A stretch of 64,000 nucleotides of DNA from Candidatus Omnitrophota bacterium (GCA_041650295.1 JBAZLM010000003.1:2933-66932), one strand, 5' to 3'; counted from the first letter of the stretch, positions 38,264-47,509 are shown. The notes: a model not told the origin generated them from the letters alone. Translations and numbers: made by a program.

Positions 38264-39220
38264 TTACCGGCAGTGCATTAGATCCCCGCTACTCACTTTT
38301 ATCATCACTCCGGAATCCTTGCGAATCAGCAATGCTCCGTCAATATCGATATCTTGCGCCATCCCCTCAATATGTTTATCCTGGCAGTATACTTTAACCC
38401 GCTTACCCAAAGTAAGCCCAAAATGACGCCACTTCTCTACAATGGCCATATTCCCTTTTTTCTCTAATAAAAAATAATTCTCCTCTAATCTAAACAAAAG
38501 CTCCTGTAATAGCGTTACCCGGTTAACCGGTTGATCCAGCTGCTCTCTTAATGAAGTGGCTTGAGCAATTAAAGACTTCTTATCGTTATTCACATTTAGA
38601 CCGATTCCGATGACAATAAAATTAACTTTATCTACTTCAGCGTTCATCTCCGTTAAAATTCCGGCTAATTTCTTATTATGAATTAATACATCATTGGGCC
38701 ATTTAATCTGACTATCGATATCGCAAACCTCCTTTACCGCTTCACAGATACTCACCGCACTCAAAAGAGTTAAAATTGGTGAAACCGCTGGGGCAATCTT
38801 TGGTCTTAGAATTAATGAAAGGTAAATTCCTTTATATTTTGGCGAAGACCACTCTCTACCTAATCTGCCTCTGCCTTTAGTCTGTGATTCCGCTAATACC
38901 AAAGTTCCGCTAGCTGCTCCCTGCATCCCCAACTCCATCGCTAAATTCATCGTAGAATTTAAATAATCAAAATATTTAATTTTTTTACCGATAAACTTGG
39001 TGCGTAGATTACGTAAAACTTCAAAAGGAAAGAGCCGATCCGGACAAGACTGTAAACGATAACCCAAATGCGGCACTGCTTCAATTTCATAACCAGAATC
39101 TTTTAATTCCTGAATATGTTTCCACAACCCCTGACGACTAATCCCTAAATTCTTACTGATCTGATCGCCAGAAAGATAATCGTGTTCTTTACTTAGATAA
39201 TCGAGTATTTTTTCTTTCAC
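38264..39220 (-). CDS. birA: Bifunctional biotin-[acetyl-CoA-carboxylase] ligase / biotin operon repressor. The GTG start lies inside a repeat element
   Basis: N-terminal HTH (LSGDQISKNLGISRQGLWKHI) plus the BPL catalytic domain (GRGRLGREW). Confidence 0.8.
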   Translation of the reverse strand: MKEKILDYLSKEHDYLSGDQISKNLGISRQGLWKHIQELKDSGYEIEAVPHLGYRLQSCPDRLFPFEVLRNLRTKFIGKKIKYFDYLNSTMNLAMELGMQGAASGTLVLAESQTKGRGRLGREWSSPKYKGIYLSLILRPKIAPAVSPILTLLSAVSICEAVKEVCDIDSQIKWPNDVLIHNKKLAGILTEMNAEVDKVNFIVIGIGLNVNNDKKSLIAQATSLREQLDQPVNRVTLLQELLFRLEENYFLLEKKGNMAIVEKWRHFGLTLGKRVKVYCQDKHIEGMAQDIDIDGALLIRKDSGVMIKVSSGDLMHCR

Positions 39221-39297
39221 CCCGCACCTTCTAATTATTCATTAATCTTAAACCACCGCGCCTTCTAATATTATTCAAAAGAAGGTGCGGGGTTCAT
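39218..39297 (-). repeat. Family-1 palindromic start-codon element (copy 5)
   Basis: ATGAACCCCGCACCTTCTTTTGAATAA...TTAGAAGGTGCGGGGTG. The uORF ATG overlaps the upstream TGA (ATGA). Confidence 0.6.
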
Positions 39298-40358
39298 CTT
39301 TTTTTAAGATACTCTTCAAATTTACCCCAAAACGGATCCACTCTCGGATGTTCTAGCTGATATCTTTTATTGCCATCAATCACCTGCATCCCTTTAGACT
39401 TGGCCGTAACCTCACCCACAATACTAGCCGCAATCCCTGACTTTTCTAAAGCAACCACTATCTCTTTAGCTTTTCTAGGATTAGCCGTGGCTAATAAAGT
39501 TCCTTCGCTAATAGATTTAAAAGGATCCATATCAAAACACGCACAAACCAGCCGCACTTCTTCTGGAAGAATTATTTTATTTTTATCAATACACATCCCC
39601 ACCTGACTATGTGCAGCAATTTCAAATAGACCGCCCCAAATACCACACTCCGTGGCATCATGCATAGCAGTTAGTCCACCCACAGAAGCTGCCACCAACG
39701 CATCTTTTATCGTCGACATCTGATAAAAAATATTCTGCGCGCGCTTCACAAAAGCCTTGCCGTATTTTTTTTCTAGAAATTTTGGGAAATAGGCTGACAT
39801 TAAACCGGTGGTTTCAATTGCTGGGCCTTTAGAAACAATGATCGCATCACCCACTTTAGCACAAGGAATAATTAAATCTTTTTTCTTACCAAACCCAAAG
39901 ACCGTCCCGCCACCGACCATAGGATAATTACACCCAGCATAACGTGCAGTATGACCGGTAACCACGCTAATTCCCAGTTTATTACACTCCTTGTGCACCG
40001 CATCCCACATGCGCACTAATTCATCCTGTGCCATTTCAGGAGGCAGATTTAAATCAATCGCCAGATATTTCGGAGCAATTCCACTGACCGCCACATCACT
40101 AGCAATAATATGCACCGCAAACCAAGCCGCTTTTTCAATTCCTAATTCTTTAGCAATAAAAAACGGATCCGTGGATAAGACCATTACCTGATCACCTAAA
40201 TCCACCACCCCAAAATCTACACCATTCTGAGGCTTAACAATTACAGACTTATCCGGCTTGCCTAATTTATGATAAATATGCTGATTAAAAAAATCCGGAT
40301 GGATTTTTCCGAGCTTTGGTAAGGATTTATTTTTCTTCATAGAGTGGGGACATCGCAC
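39294..40358 (-). CDS. PurM-superfamily (AIR-synthase-related) protein, HypE-like but lacking the C-terminal Cys
   Basis: LSTDPFF...SDVAVSGIAPKYL and HDATECGIWGGLFEIA align with HypE NDVAVSGAIPRYL / RDATRGG. No PRIC C-terminus. Confidence 0.5.
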   Translation of the reverse strand: MRCPHSMKKNKSLPKLGKIHPDFFNQHIYHKLGKPDKSVIVKPQNGVDFGVVDLGDQVMVLSTDPFFIAKELGIEKAAWFAVHIIASDVAVSGIAPKYLAIDLNLPPEMAQDELVRMWDAVHKECNKLGISVVTGHTARYAGCNYPMVGGGTVFGFGKKKDLIIPCAKVGDAIIVSKGPAIETTGLMSAYFPKFLEKKYGKAFVKRAQNIFYQMSTIKDALVAASVGGLTAMHDATECGIWGGLFEIAAHSQVGMCIDKNKIILPEEVRLVCACFDMDPFKSISEGTLLATANPRKAKEIVVALEKSGIAASIVGEVTAKSKGMQVIDGNKRYQLEHPRVDPFWGKFEEYLKKR

Positions 40359-41490
40359 GTAGTTTTTTAACCACGGGAGGTAATTTTTCTAACAGATAAT
40401 CAATATCACTTTCGGTGGTCCAGCGACCCAGAGTTATTCTTAAAGATCCATGAGCAGTTCCATGATCTAAACCAATCGCTAATAAAACATGTGAAGGCTC
40501 TAAAGAGCTCGAGGTACAGGCTGAACCGGTGGAGCAAGCGATCCCCAGCATGTCTAGGCTTAAAAGCATCGACTCCCCTTCAATATATTTAATCGAAAAA
40601 TTGACATTATTGGGTAAACGTTTAGTCGCGTGGCCATTAAGAATAACTTCGGGAATCTTTAAAGGAATCTCTTTAATTAATCTATCCCTTAAAGCACTTT
40701 GCAATTTAATTTCATCTTTCATATTCTTTTGACAAAGCTCAACTGCTTTAGCCAGACCAACTATCCCCGGAATATTGTGTGTAGAACCTCGTCTACCTCT
40801 CTCTTGGTCACCACCGCGCATAAAAGTCTCTAAACGTGTACCTTTGCGAATATACAAAGCACCCACACCTTTGGGACCATAAAATTTATGCGCCGCTAAT
40901 GATAATAGATCAACATTGAGCTCATTTACATTTATCGGGATATGACCCACTGTCTGCACAGCATCCGTATGAAAATAAATTCCTTTTTCTTTAGCAATTT
41001 TTCCCAAAATTTCAATTGGCTGCAATGTTCCAATTTCATTATTAGCGTGCATAATACTAATTAGAATAGTTTTGTCGGTAATCGCCTTTTTTAAATCTTC
41101 CGGCAAAACTAAACCATCTTTATCCACTCCTAAATAAGTAACTTGAAAACCTTTTTTTTCTAAAAACTTTAACGGCTCGCTAATCGCATGGTGCTCAATC
41201 GCTGAGGTAATAATATGGTTGCCTTTTTTTTCTAAAGCATAAGCCACACCCATAATCGCATAATTATCCGACTCAGTTCCCCCAGAAGTAAAAACGATCT
41301 CTTCGGGTTTAGCGCCGATAAAATCTGCCAAAGTTTGTCGACTATCCTCTAGAGCTTTCTTAGCTTCTTGTCCATAGGCATGCAAGCTAGAAGCATTACC
41401 AAATTTTTCAAAAAAATACGGCTCCATCGCTTTTAAAACTAACGGATCAGTGGGTGTAGTTGCCGCATAATCTAAATATACTTTCTTCAC
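40327..41490 (-). CDS. iscS: Cysteine desulfurase (IscS/NifS). The GTG start lies inside a repeat element
   Basis: SGGTESDN, the PLP Lys region SLAAHKFYGPKG, and active-site SSGSACTS. Confidence 0.85.
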   Translation of the reverse strand: MKKVYLDYAATTPTDPLVLKAMEPYFFEKFGNASSLHAYGQEAKKALEDSRQTLADFIGAKPEEIVFTSGGTESDNYAIMGVAYALEKKGNHIITSAIEHHAISEPLKFLEKKGFQVTYLGVDKDGLVLPEDLKKAITDKTILISIMHANNEIGTLQPIEILGKIAKEKGIYFHTDAVQTVGHIPINVNELNVDLLSLAAHKFYGPKGVGALYIRKGTRLETFMRGGDQERGRRGSTHNIPGIVGLAKAVELCQKNMKDEIKLQSALRDRLIKEIPLKIPEVILNGHATKRLPNNVNFSIKYIEGESMLLSLDMLGIACSTGSACTSSSLEPSHVLLAIGLDHGTAHGSLRITLGRWTTESDIDYLLEKLPPVVKKLRAMSPLYEEK

Positions 41491-41566
41491 CCCGCACCTT
41501 CTCTCTATTAATTAACTCTTACCCTACGCCTTCTAATGTCTAATTTAACGAAGGTGCGGGGTTCAT
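41488..41566 (-). repeat. Family-1 palindromic start-codon element (copy 6)
   Basis: ATGAACCCCGCACCTTCGTTAAATTAG...GAGAAGGTGCGGGGTG. Its ATG overlaps the TGA of a 7-codon mini-ORF that begins at the GTG of the adjacent family-2 element. Confidence 0.6.
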
Positions 41567-41582
41567 CTCTTAATTACCTCAT

Positions 41583-41654
41583 TCACCACGTTAGAAACAG
41601 GTTGTCGCAGACAACCGTAAATTATCTTTTTGCCTTGTTTCTAACGAGGTTCAT
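41583..41654 (-). repeat. Family-2 palindromic element (copy a), 72 nt, fused in-frame onto the 3' end of the PP-loop ATPase gene
   Basis: ATGAACCTCGTTAGAAACAAGG...GGTTGTCTGCGACAACCTGTTTCTAACGTGGTGAAT. It shares its termini with family 1. The upstream ORF reads through ...SMNLVRNKAKR* inside it. Confidence 0.6.
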
Positions 41655-42437
41655 ACTACCAGTGCGATATCCTTCTAAATCTAATGTTATATAATTAAAC
41701 CCAAACTTTTTTAAACGTTCGACAATCTGTTGGCGCTTATTAAACAATTTATTTAAATCTTGTTTACCGACTTCAATACGACAAAATTCATGGTAATAAC
41801 GCAAACGCACTTGTTTGAAACCTAAACTATTGATATACTCTTCGGCCTGGTTGATTCTCCTCAATAATTTCGCGGTTATTTTAGTTCCGTAAGGGATACG
41901 CGAAGCCAAACAAGCTAAGCTTGGCTTATTCCAACTAGAAAGCCCTAACTTCTTACTTAATTTACAAATATCTATTTTCGTAAAACCCGCTTCAACTAAC
42001 GGCGACTTAATTTTCAACTCTGCTTTCGCCAAACTCCCTGGACGATAATCACCTTTATCCGTTATATTACTGGCTTCAAAAACAAAATTTAATTTATTTT
42101 GTTTAGCAATCTTAATTAACTTTAAAAAGAGCTCTTTTTTACAAAAATAACAACGCTTAACCGGATTAGCCGTAAACTTTTTATTACTTAATTCTTGCGT
42201 TCTAATTACTTTAAGCTCTACCCCAATATCTTTAGCTAATTTCTTAGCTTTAACTAACTCACTTTTAGGATAAGTCTGGGAAACCGCGGTGACCGCTAAA
42301 AATTTATCCGGTGCAAGGGTTAACGCACAAACTTTAAGCAGGAGTGCACTATCCTGGCCGCCGGAAAACGCCACTATACATGATTTATATCTACCAATGA
42401 TACGCTTAAGTAAATCTAACTTCTTTTGCAGAATCAT
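41622..42437 (-). CDS. PP-loop superfamily ATPase (LarE/COG1606-like sulfur transferase). The C-terminal tail is encoded by a repeat element
   Basis: CIVAFSGGQDSALLL PP-loop. 271 aa. Confidence 0.6.
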   Translation of the reverse strand: MILQKKLDLLKRIIGRYKSCIVAFSGGQDSALLLKVCALTLAPDKFLAVTAVSQTYPKSELVKAKKLAKDIGVELKVIRTQELSNKKFTANPVKRCYFCKKELFLKLIKIAKQNKLNFVFEASNITDKGDYRPGSLAKAELKIKSPLVEAGFTKIDICKLSKKLGLSSWNKPSLACLASRIPYGTKITAKLLRRINQAEEYINSLGFKQVRLRYYHEFCRIEVGKQDLNKLFNKRQQIVERLKKFGFNYITLDLEGYRTGSMNLVRNKAKR

Positions 42438-42451
42438 TACTAAATTTATAA

Positions 42452-42673
42452 CTATAAAGCGACGACTTCTTTAATTTCGGGAACTTCTTGTTTTAAAATC
42501 TTTTCAATCCCATTTTTTAAAGTCATGGAGCTCATCGGACAACAACTACAACTTCCTTTTAATTTTAATTTAACAATGCCATCCGGAGTAACTTCCACCA
42601 ATTCCACATTACCACCGTCAGCCATCAACATCGGTCTTACTTTATCTAACGCTTTTTCGATTCTGTCTCTCAT
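42452..42673 (-). CDS. nfuA: NifU/Nfu-type Fe-S cluster carrier domain protein
   Basis: 73 aa. [13 protein letters not shown]...[14 protein letters not shown]. Confidence 0.7.
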   Translation of the reverse strand: MRDRIEKALDKVRPMLMADGGNVELVEVTPDGIVKLKLKGSCSCCPMSSMTLKNGIEKILKQEVPEIKEVVAL

Positions 42674-42736
42674 TTTGTCACCTCCCTATATTTGTCACTT
42701 ATTCTACCATTACTCAAATTAGCCGCAACTTATTTT

Positions 42737-43648
42737 CTAAAATTTATGCTGAGCTAAATAACGAAATGCTCCTAATGCTGCCTTAGACCCCTCACCTGCG
42801 GCAATGATAATCTGCTTTTCTGGAACATTAGTTACGTCTCCTGCCGCAAACATCCCGGCAATATTAGTTTGATTACGTAAATTAATATTTATTTCGTTAT
42901 ACTCATTCTTTTCCACATTTTTAACAAATCCAGAATTAGGAATCAAGCCAATTTCCACAAACACACCCTCCACCGCTAATTCTTTTTCTTGGCTTTGATC
43001 TTTAATTTTAATAGCCCGCACAAATTTATCACCTAATACAGCGCTCACTTGATGATTATTCATAATTTTAACATTACTAGCTTCTTGCACCTTTTGCAGC
43101 ATAATGGCATCACCGGCCAATTGGTCAGTAATATTAATCAAATAAATTTGTTTTGCAATCTTCATTAATTGTAATGTAGCATCCAGTGCGGAATTGCCTC
43201 CTCCAACTACGGCCACAACTTTATTGGCAAATAATGGACCATCACAAGTAGCACAATAAGTAAGCCCATGATTTTTAAATTCTTTTTCTCCTGCAACTTG
43301 CAATTCTTTTGATTTTTTGCCAGAAGCAATAATTACAGTACGCGCCTGATAATCGGCTTTGCTAGTTTTTATTAGAAATATGTCACCAGTTTTATCTACA
43401 CTAAATATTTCCTCATTCTCTTTAAGTGGGATATTATATTTGTGCATATGTTCTTCGAACTTTTGTGTCAACTCCGGACCACTAATAAATTGATAGCCAG
43501 TATAATTTTCAATATCCCCACTCCAGGCAGTCTGACCGCCGATATCCACACTAATGACTAGAAAGTTTAATTTCTTTCTGGCCGCATAGACACTAGCGGT
43601 AATTCCCGCCGGTCCCGCTCCAATAATAATTAAATCATAAATTAGCAT
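42737..43648 (-). CDS. trxB: Thioredoxin reductase (start taken at MLIYDLIIIGAGPAG; the track ORF extends 17 codons further upstream)
   Basis: GAGPAG FAD motif, CATC redox-active site, GGGNSA NADPH motif. Confidence 0.8.
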   Translation of the reverse strand: MLIYDLIIIGAGPAGITASVYAARKKLNFLVISVDIGGQTAWSGDIENYTGYQFISGPELTQKFEEHMHKYNIPLKENEEIFSVDKTGDIFLIKTSKADYQARTVIIASGKKSKELQVAGEKEFKNHGLTYCATCDGPLFANKVVAVVGGGNSALDATLQLMKIAKQIYLINITDQLAGDAIMLQKVQEASNVKIMNNHQVSAVLGDKFVRAIKIKDQSQEKELAVEGVFVEIGLIPNSGFVKNVEKNEYNEININLRNQTNIAGMFAAGDVTNVPEKQIIIAAGEGSKAALGAFRYLAQHKF

Positions 43649-43651
43649 ATT

Positions 43652-43730
43652 GTTAGAAAAATTTGCGGGTGGCTTGTGGGTGGTTTCGCAGCGCGTCATA
43701 GCGCAAGAAACTACCCCAAGACAGGACCCG
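43652..43730 (-). terminator. Long GC-rich imperfect palindrome (12-bp perfect outer arms AAATTTGCGGGT/ACCCGCAAATTT) between grx and trxB
   Basis: Outer and inner inverted repeats (GGGTGGTTTC/GAAACTACCCC; GCGC..GCGC). On the minus strand a U-tract follows (AAATTTTTCT). Confidence 0.4.
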
Positions 43731-43735
43731 CAAAT

Positions 43736-43972
43736 TTATATCCCTAATAATTGTTTTATTTTTTCTTTATCAAATCCCACAATAATTTGCCCATCAATAT
43801 CTAATACCGGTACACCCATCTGACCGCTCTTTTTAACCATCTCATCGGCAGCAACTTTATCTGCGCCCACATCCCAATCTAAAAATAAAACATTATTCTC
43901 TTTTAAATATTGTTTTACACGAATACACCAAGGACAAGTGAGAGTACTATAAACAATCACGCTTTTAGCCAT
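43736..43972 (-). CDS. Glutaredoxin/NrdH-like thiol-disulfide oxidoreductase
   Basis: CPWC active site. 78 aa. Confidence 0.7.
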   Translation of the reverse strand: MAKSVIVYSTLTCPWCIRVKQYLKENNVLFLDWDVGADKVAADEMVKKSGQMGVPVLDIDGQIIVGFDKEKIKQLLGI

Positions 43973-43993
43973 ATACGCCTCCTTATTTTTTTA

Positions 43994-44461
43994 CTAAACC
44001 GGCTTTCTTAAATGATACGGGGCAAGATCAACTATCTCTTCAATCTCAATAGCAATAATATGTTTGGGGTGCGGCAAGCTAGCCTCAGGATGATGGCCAC
44101 GCCCTTGTTCTTCATTTAAATTTTTAAGCAATCTTTTGGCAAGCCGAGAGGTAAGATTATCCTCCCAAATTTTAATCATCTCTTGACTAATGTCTTCCGA
44201 CAAAATTTCTGCTTTTCCCTTCAAACAATACCCAATAAATTTATGTTCCTCAACCGCACTAATACTTATTTTTGCATTAAGTTTTACATTCTCACCCGTT
44301 ACACCATGATAAGCATCAATTAAAAAAATCTTTCCCGCTGGATCAATTTTAACGATCGCTTTACAAGAGCTATGCGGAAAACCGTGCTTATCTATTGAAG
44401 AAACAATCACGAATCCCTGAGCATTAAGAAAATTAATTATTTCTGGTAATATTTTTTTCAT
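43994..44461 (-). CDS. Pyridoxamine-5'-phosphate-oxidase-like FMN-binding protein (putative)
   Basis: 155 aa with a split-barrel-like pattern. Assignment is weak. Confidence 0.35.
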   Translation of the reverse strand: MKKILPEIINFLNAQGFVIVSSIDKHGFPHSSCKAIVKIDPAGKIFLIDAYHGVTGENVKLNAKISISAVEEHKFIGYCLKGKAEILSEDISQEMIKIWEDNLTSRLAKRLLKNLNEEQGRGHHPEASLPHPKHIIAIEIEEIVDLAPYHLRKPV

Positions 44462-45645
44462 TTTAAATGTTTAGCAAAATTACTCCCAAATTCAACACAG
44501 CTCTCTAATTCAACCTGATCAGGATTAAATTTAAAAGCAATACCTGGGAGAGGAAATTCCGCCCCGCAATTTTTTAGTATCTCCTGCATCTCATTAACTG
44601 AGCCACCAGCCCAGCCGTAAGAACCAAAGAAACTAATCTGTCTACCTTTAGGCTTAAATCCTTTAACTAGCTCTAAAAATGCCGCAATATTGGGCAACAT
44701 ATCATTATCATGCGTAGAAGAACCAAAAAGAAATCCTTTAGCCGATAACATTTGGGTAATTACTTCCGTACGATCGCTTTCGGCAATATTATAAAGCTTA
44801 ACTTCAGTTCCCAGAGCAGTAATCCCTTGAGCAATTTTTCGCGCCATTTTTTCAGTTGCTCCCCACATCGTTTCATAAACAATCACCACTTTATTTTTGG
44901 TGGCCCCGCTGCTCCAAGAAACATAAGCATTAAGAATTTTACCCGGGTCTTTACGCCAAATAATACCGTGGCTAGGAGCAATCATTTTAATCGGTAAATT
45001 TAATTTCTGTACATCTTGAATTTTTTTAGCAATTATAGAATTTAACGGCCAGAGAATATTGGCATAATAAGCCTCTACCTCTTCCATTAAAGCACATTGA
45101 TCAACTTGATCGTCGAATCTTTCCGCAGAAGCCAGATGTTGGCCAAAAGCATCATTAGGCATTAACAGCGCTTCCTGAGGACAATAAGTAAACATACTGT
45201 CCGGCCAATGCACCATCGGAGCTTCAATAAAAGTAAGGGAGCGTTTACCTAACTCTAATTTATCCCCAGTCTTAACCGTTTGGAAATTCCAATCCTTATA
45301 ATAATGTCGGTATAGCCCTTCTTTACATTTAGCTGTACCGATAATTTTAGCCTTGGGACAAAGTGCCATTACTGCTGGTAACGCTCCGGAATGGTCAACT
45401 TCAACGTGATTGGCAATAATATAATCAATTTTTTCTAAAGGAACAATTTCACGAATATTGTTAATTAATTCTTCAGAAAACGGAGTATAAACAGTATCAA
45501 TTAAAGCAATCTTCTCATCAATAATCAGATAAGCATTATAACTGGAACCTCTTTTAGTGGTATAAGTATGACCGTGAAAATTGCGCACATTCCAATCTAC
45601 TACTCCCACTGAATAGATATCCGGTAATATTTTTATTGCTGCCAT
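44458..45645 (-). CDS. Flavodiiron protein (FprA-type O2/NO reductase): metallo-beta-lactamase plus flavodoxin domains
   Basis: HVEVDHSGALP di-iron motif and a C-terminal flavodoxin-like fold. 395 aa. Confidence 0.8.
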   Translation of the reverse strand: MAAIKILPDIYSVGVVDWNVRNFHGHTYTTKRGSSYNAYLIIDEKIALIDTVYTPFSEELINNIREIVPLEKIDYIIANHVEVDHSGALPAVMALCPKAKIIGTAKCKEGLYRHYYKDWNFQTVKTGDKLELGKRSLTFIEAPMVHWPDSMFTYCPQEALLMPNDAFGQHLASAERFDDQVDQCALMEEVEAYYANILWPLNSIIAKKIQDVQKLNLPIKMIAPSHGIIWRKDPGKILNAYVSWSSGATKNKVVIVYETMWGATEKMARKIAQGITALGTEVKLYNIAESDRTEVITQMLSAKGFLFGSSTHDNDMLPNIAAFLELVKGFKPKGRQISFFGSYGWAGGSVNEMQEILKNCGAEFPLPGIAFKFNPDQVELESCVEFGSNFAKHLK

Positions 45646-45685
45646 CTCTTCCCCCTTTATTTTTTCTACCTACTCACTCCTGCTT

Positions 45686-46390
45686 CTAATACCCCTGAAA
45701 ATTTTCTAAAACAATTTTACTGCTTTCTAAATTTAATTCCTCAGCTAAAATCTTACGCATCGCCTCCACCATCTGCGGTGGTCCGCAAAGATAAAATTTT
45801 CTCTCTAAATAATCCGGAATTTCATCCTTAATTACTCCGCTATTAATTAAACCCACCCTACATTTAAAACCTTCTTCAGTTTCACACAAAACATGTGCCA
45901 CTCTTAAAAGTGGATAACTTTTTGACATCGCATCGAAATCATCTTTAAAAACTATATCCCTGACCGAGCGATTAGAGTAAAGTAGCACCATATCGGTACC
46001 TAAATTTTTATCAACTACATATTTACAGATACTGCGGATCGGTGTGATCCCAATTCCTCCGGATAAAAAAGCAACTTTTGGTGCGCCTTCATCTAAATTA
46101 AATTTTCCAAAAGGACCCTGAATTTTAACCTGATCATTCGATTTTAATTCATTTAATATTTTAGAAAAATCACTTTGGGTTATTTTTTTTGTAAACTCTA
46201 AGTAACCTTTCTCGGTTGGAGAACTAGAAATAGAAAGATATCTTTTTAACTGAGGATTATCCTTAAGTGTAACCGAGATAAATTGACCGGCCTTAAATTC
46301 TAAGGTACTAGGAATTTCTAAGCGAAAACTCTTAACATTATAATTTCGCGCAATTACTTCTTTTATTCTTACATTAATTTCTACGGGCAT
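45686..46390 (-). CDS. FNR-like FAD/NAD(P)-binding oxidoreductase (likely start MPVEINV...)
   Basis: RYLSISSSP FAD motif and GGIGITP NAD motif. The track ORF start overlaps tpx; an internal ATG is preferred. Confidence 0.55.
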   Translation of the reverse strand: MPVEINVRIKEVIARNYNVKSFRLEIPSTLEFKAGQFISVTLKDNPQLKRYLSISSSPTEKGYLEFTKKITQSDFSKILNELKSNDQVKIQGPFGKFNLDEGAPKVAFLSGGIGITPIRSICKYVVDKNLGTDMVLLYSNRSVRDIVFKDDFDAMSKSYPLLRVAHVLCETEEGFKCRVGLINSGVIKDEIPDYLERKFYLCGPPQMVEAMRKILAEELNLESSKIVLENFQGY

Positions 46391-46394
46391 ATTT

Positions 46395-46907
46395 TTAAAC
46401 TTTGAGTAAACCTTGCAGGATACTAAAAACTTCTGCAAAATTGACTGAATGAGTAATTTCACTAACTAGCTGGATATAACGAATACGATCATTTTTATCA
46501 ATAATAAGTGTACCGCGAGTAAGTAGATTTAATTCTTTAATTAAAACCCCATAATTTAAACCAAAAGAGGTAAAGCGATAATCTGAAAGCACGAATTCAT
46601 TCTTTATTTCATTCATCGAACAAAATCTAGCCTGCGCAAAAGGTAAGTCTTTGCTTACTCCAATAATTACTACATCAGCAGAAAGTTGTGCCGCATTTTT
46701 ATTAAATTCTTTAACCTGTAAATCGCAAACTGGAGTATCTAATGAAGGGAAAAAATTAATTACTTTTATTTTGCCTTTAAAATCTGAGAGCTTAACCTCT
46801 TTTAGGTCCTGGGCTACTAATTTAAAATTATAAGCCCGCTGACCAAGCTTAATCTGTCTACCAGTTAGAGTTAGAGGATTGCCCTGAAAAGTCACTAATC
46901 TAGCCAT
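46395..46907 (-). CDS. tpx: Thiol peroxidase (Tpx, atypical 2-Cys peroxiredoxin)
   Basis: FFPSLDTPVC peroxidatic Cys motif. 170 aa. Confidence 0.8.
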   Translation of the reverse strand: MARLVTFQGNPLTLTGRQIKLGQRAYNFKLVAQDLKEVKLSDFKGKIKVINFFPSLDTPVCDLQVKEFNKNAAQLSADVVIIGVSKDLPFAQARFCSMNEIKNEFVLSDYRFTSFGLNYGVLIKELNLLTRGTLIIDKNDRIRYIQLVSEITHSVNFAEVFSILQGLLKV

Positions 46908-46926
46908 GCTATATCTCCCTTTGCGC

Positions 46927-47088
46927 TTAAGCTACTTTTTCAAACTGGTCTTTACCCACACCGCATTCCGGACAAACCCAAGTATCCGGCAAATCTTCAA
47001 AACTTGTGCCAGGGGCGATTCCATTATCTGAATCACCATTAGCAGGATAATAAATATAGCCACAAACTAAACATTTATATTTACTCAT
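46927..47088 (-). CDS. Rubredoxin
   Basis: Manual translation gives [53 protein letters not shown]. Classic CxxCG...CPxCG. Missing from the ORF track. Confidence 0.85.
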   Translation of the reverse strand: MSKYKCLVCGYIYYPANGDSDNGIAPGTSFEDLPDTWVCPECGVGKDQFEKVA

Positions 47089-47125
47089 CTTTTCCCCCCC
47101 CTATAACAATAAGAAGCGTTTAAAT

Positions 47126-47491
47126 TTATTCAGCCTTATAAACAATTCCTTTATTCCCACCACATTTAGGACTAGCAGTTTTATTATTATCCTTAATAAC
47201 TGCTACTTTTTCCGGCATCTCTCTGGTCCCCATACCATCTTTACCCATCATCATACCCATTCTTTTTTGCATCATACATTTCATCGGCATAGGCCCTTTA
47301 GCCATTCTATAAACTGCTCCAGAGAACATGATTAATGTAGCTAGCCAAATAAAACCCACTACCACATAACCAAAAGCTTTAAGTGGCTTTTCTTCAACTT
47401 TGCGCAACGTATAAAGAACAAAGAAACTTAAAGTTAACAACACTGAAATTGGAACAATTGCCAATAATGGAAACATTTTCATCATACACAT
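47126..47491 (-). CDS. Small membrane protein with Met-rich C-terminal tail (hypothetical)
   Basis: 2 TM helices followed by PMPMKCMMQKRMGMMMGKDGMG. Confidence 0.4.
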   Translation of the reverse strand: MCMMKMFPLLAIVPISVLLTLSFFVLYTLRKVEEKPLKAFGYVVVGFIWLATLIMFSGAVYRMAKGPMPMKCMMQKRMGMMMGKDGMGTREMPEKVAVIKDNNKTASPKCGGNKGIVYKAE

Positions 47492-47509
47492 ATGCCCTCC
47501 TTTGTAGTT

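Noticed and set aside
43649-43699. N-terminal extension MTRCETTHKPPANFSNN on TrxB
   Set aside because: It is encoded by the GC-rich palindrome and is not part of the TrxB fold. The ATG at 43648 gives the canonical MLIYDLIIIGAGPAG start.
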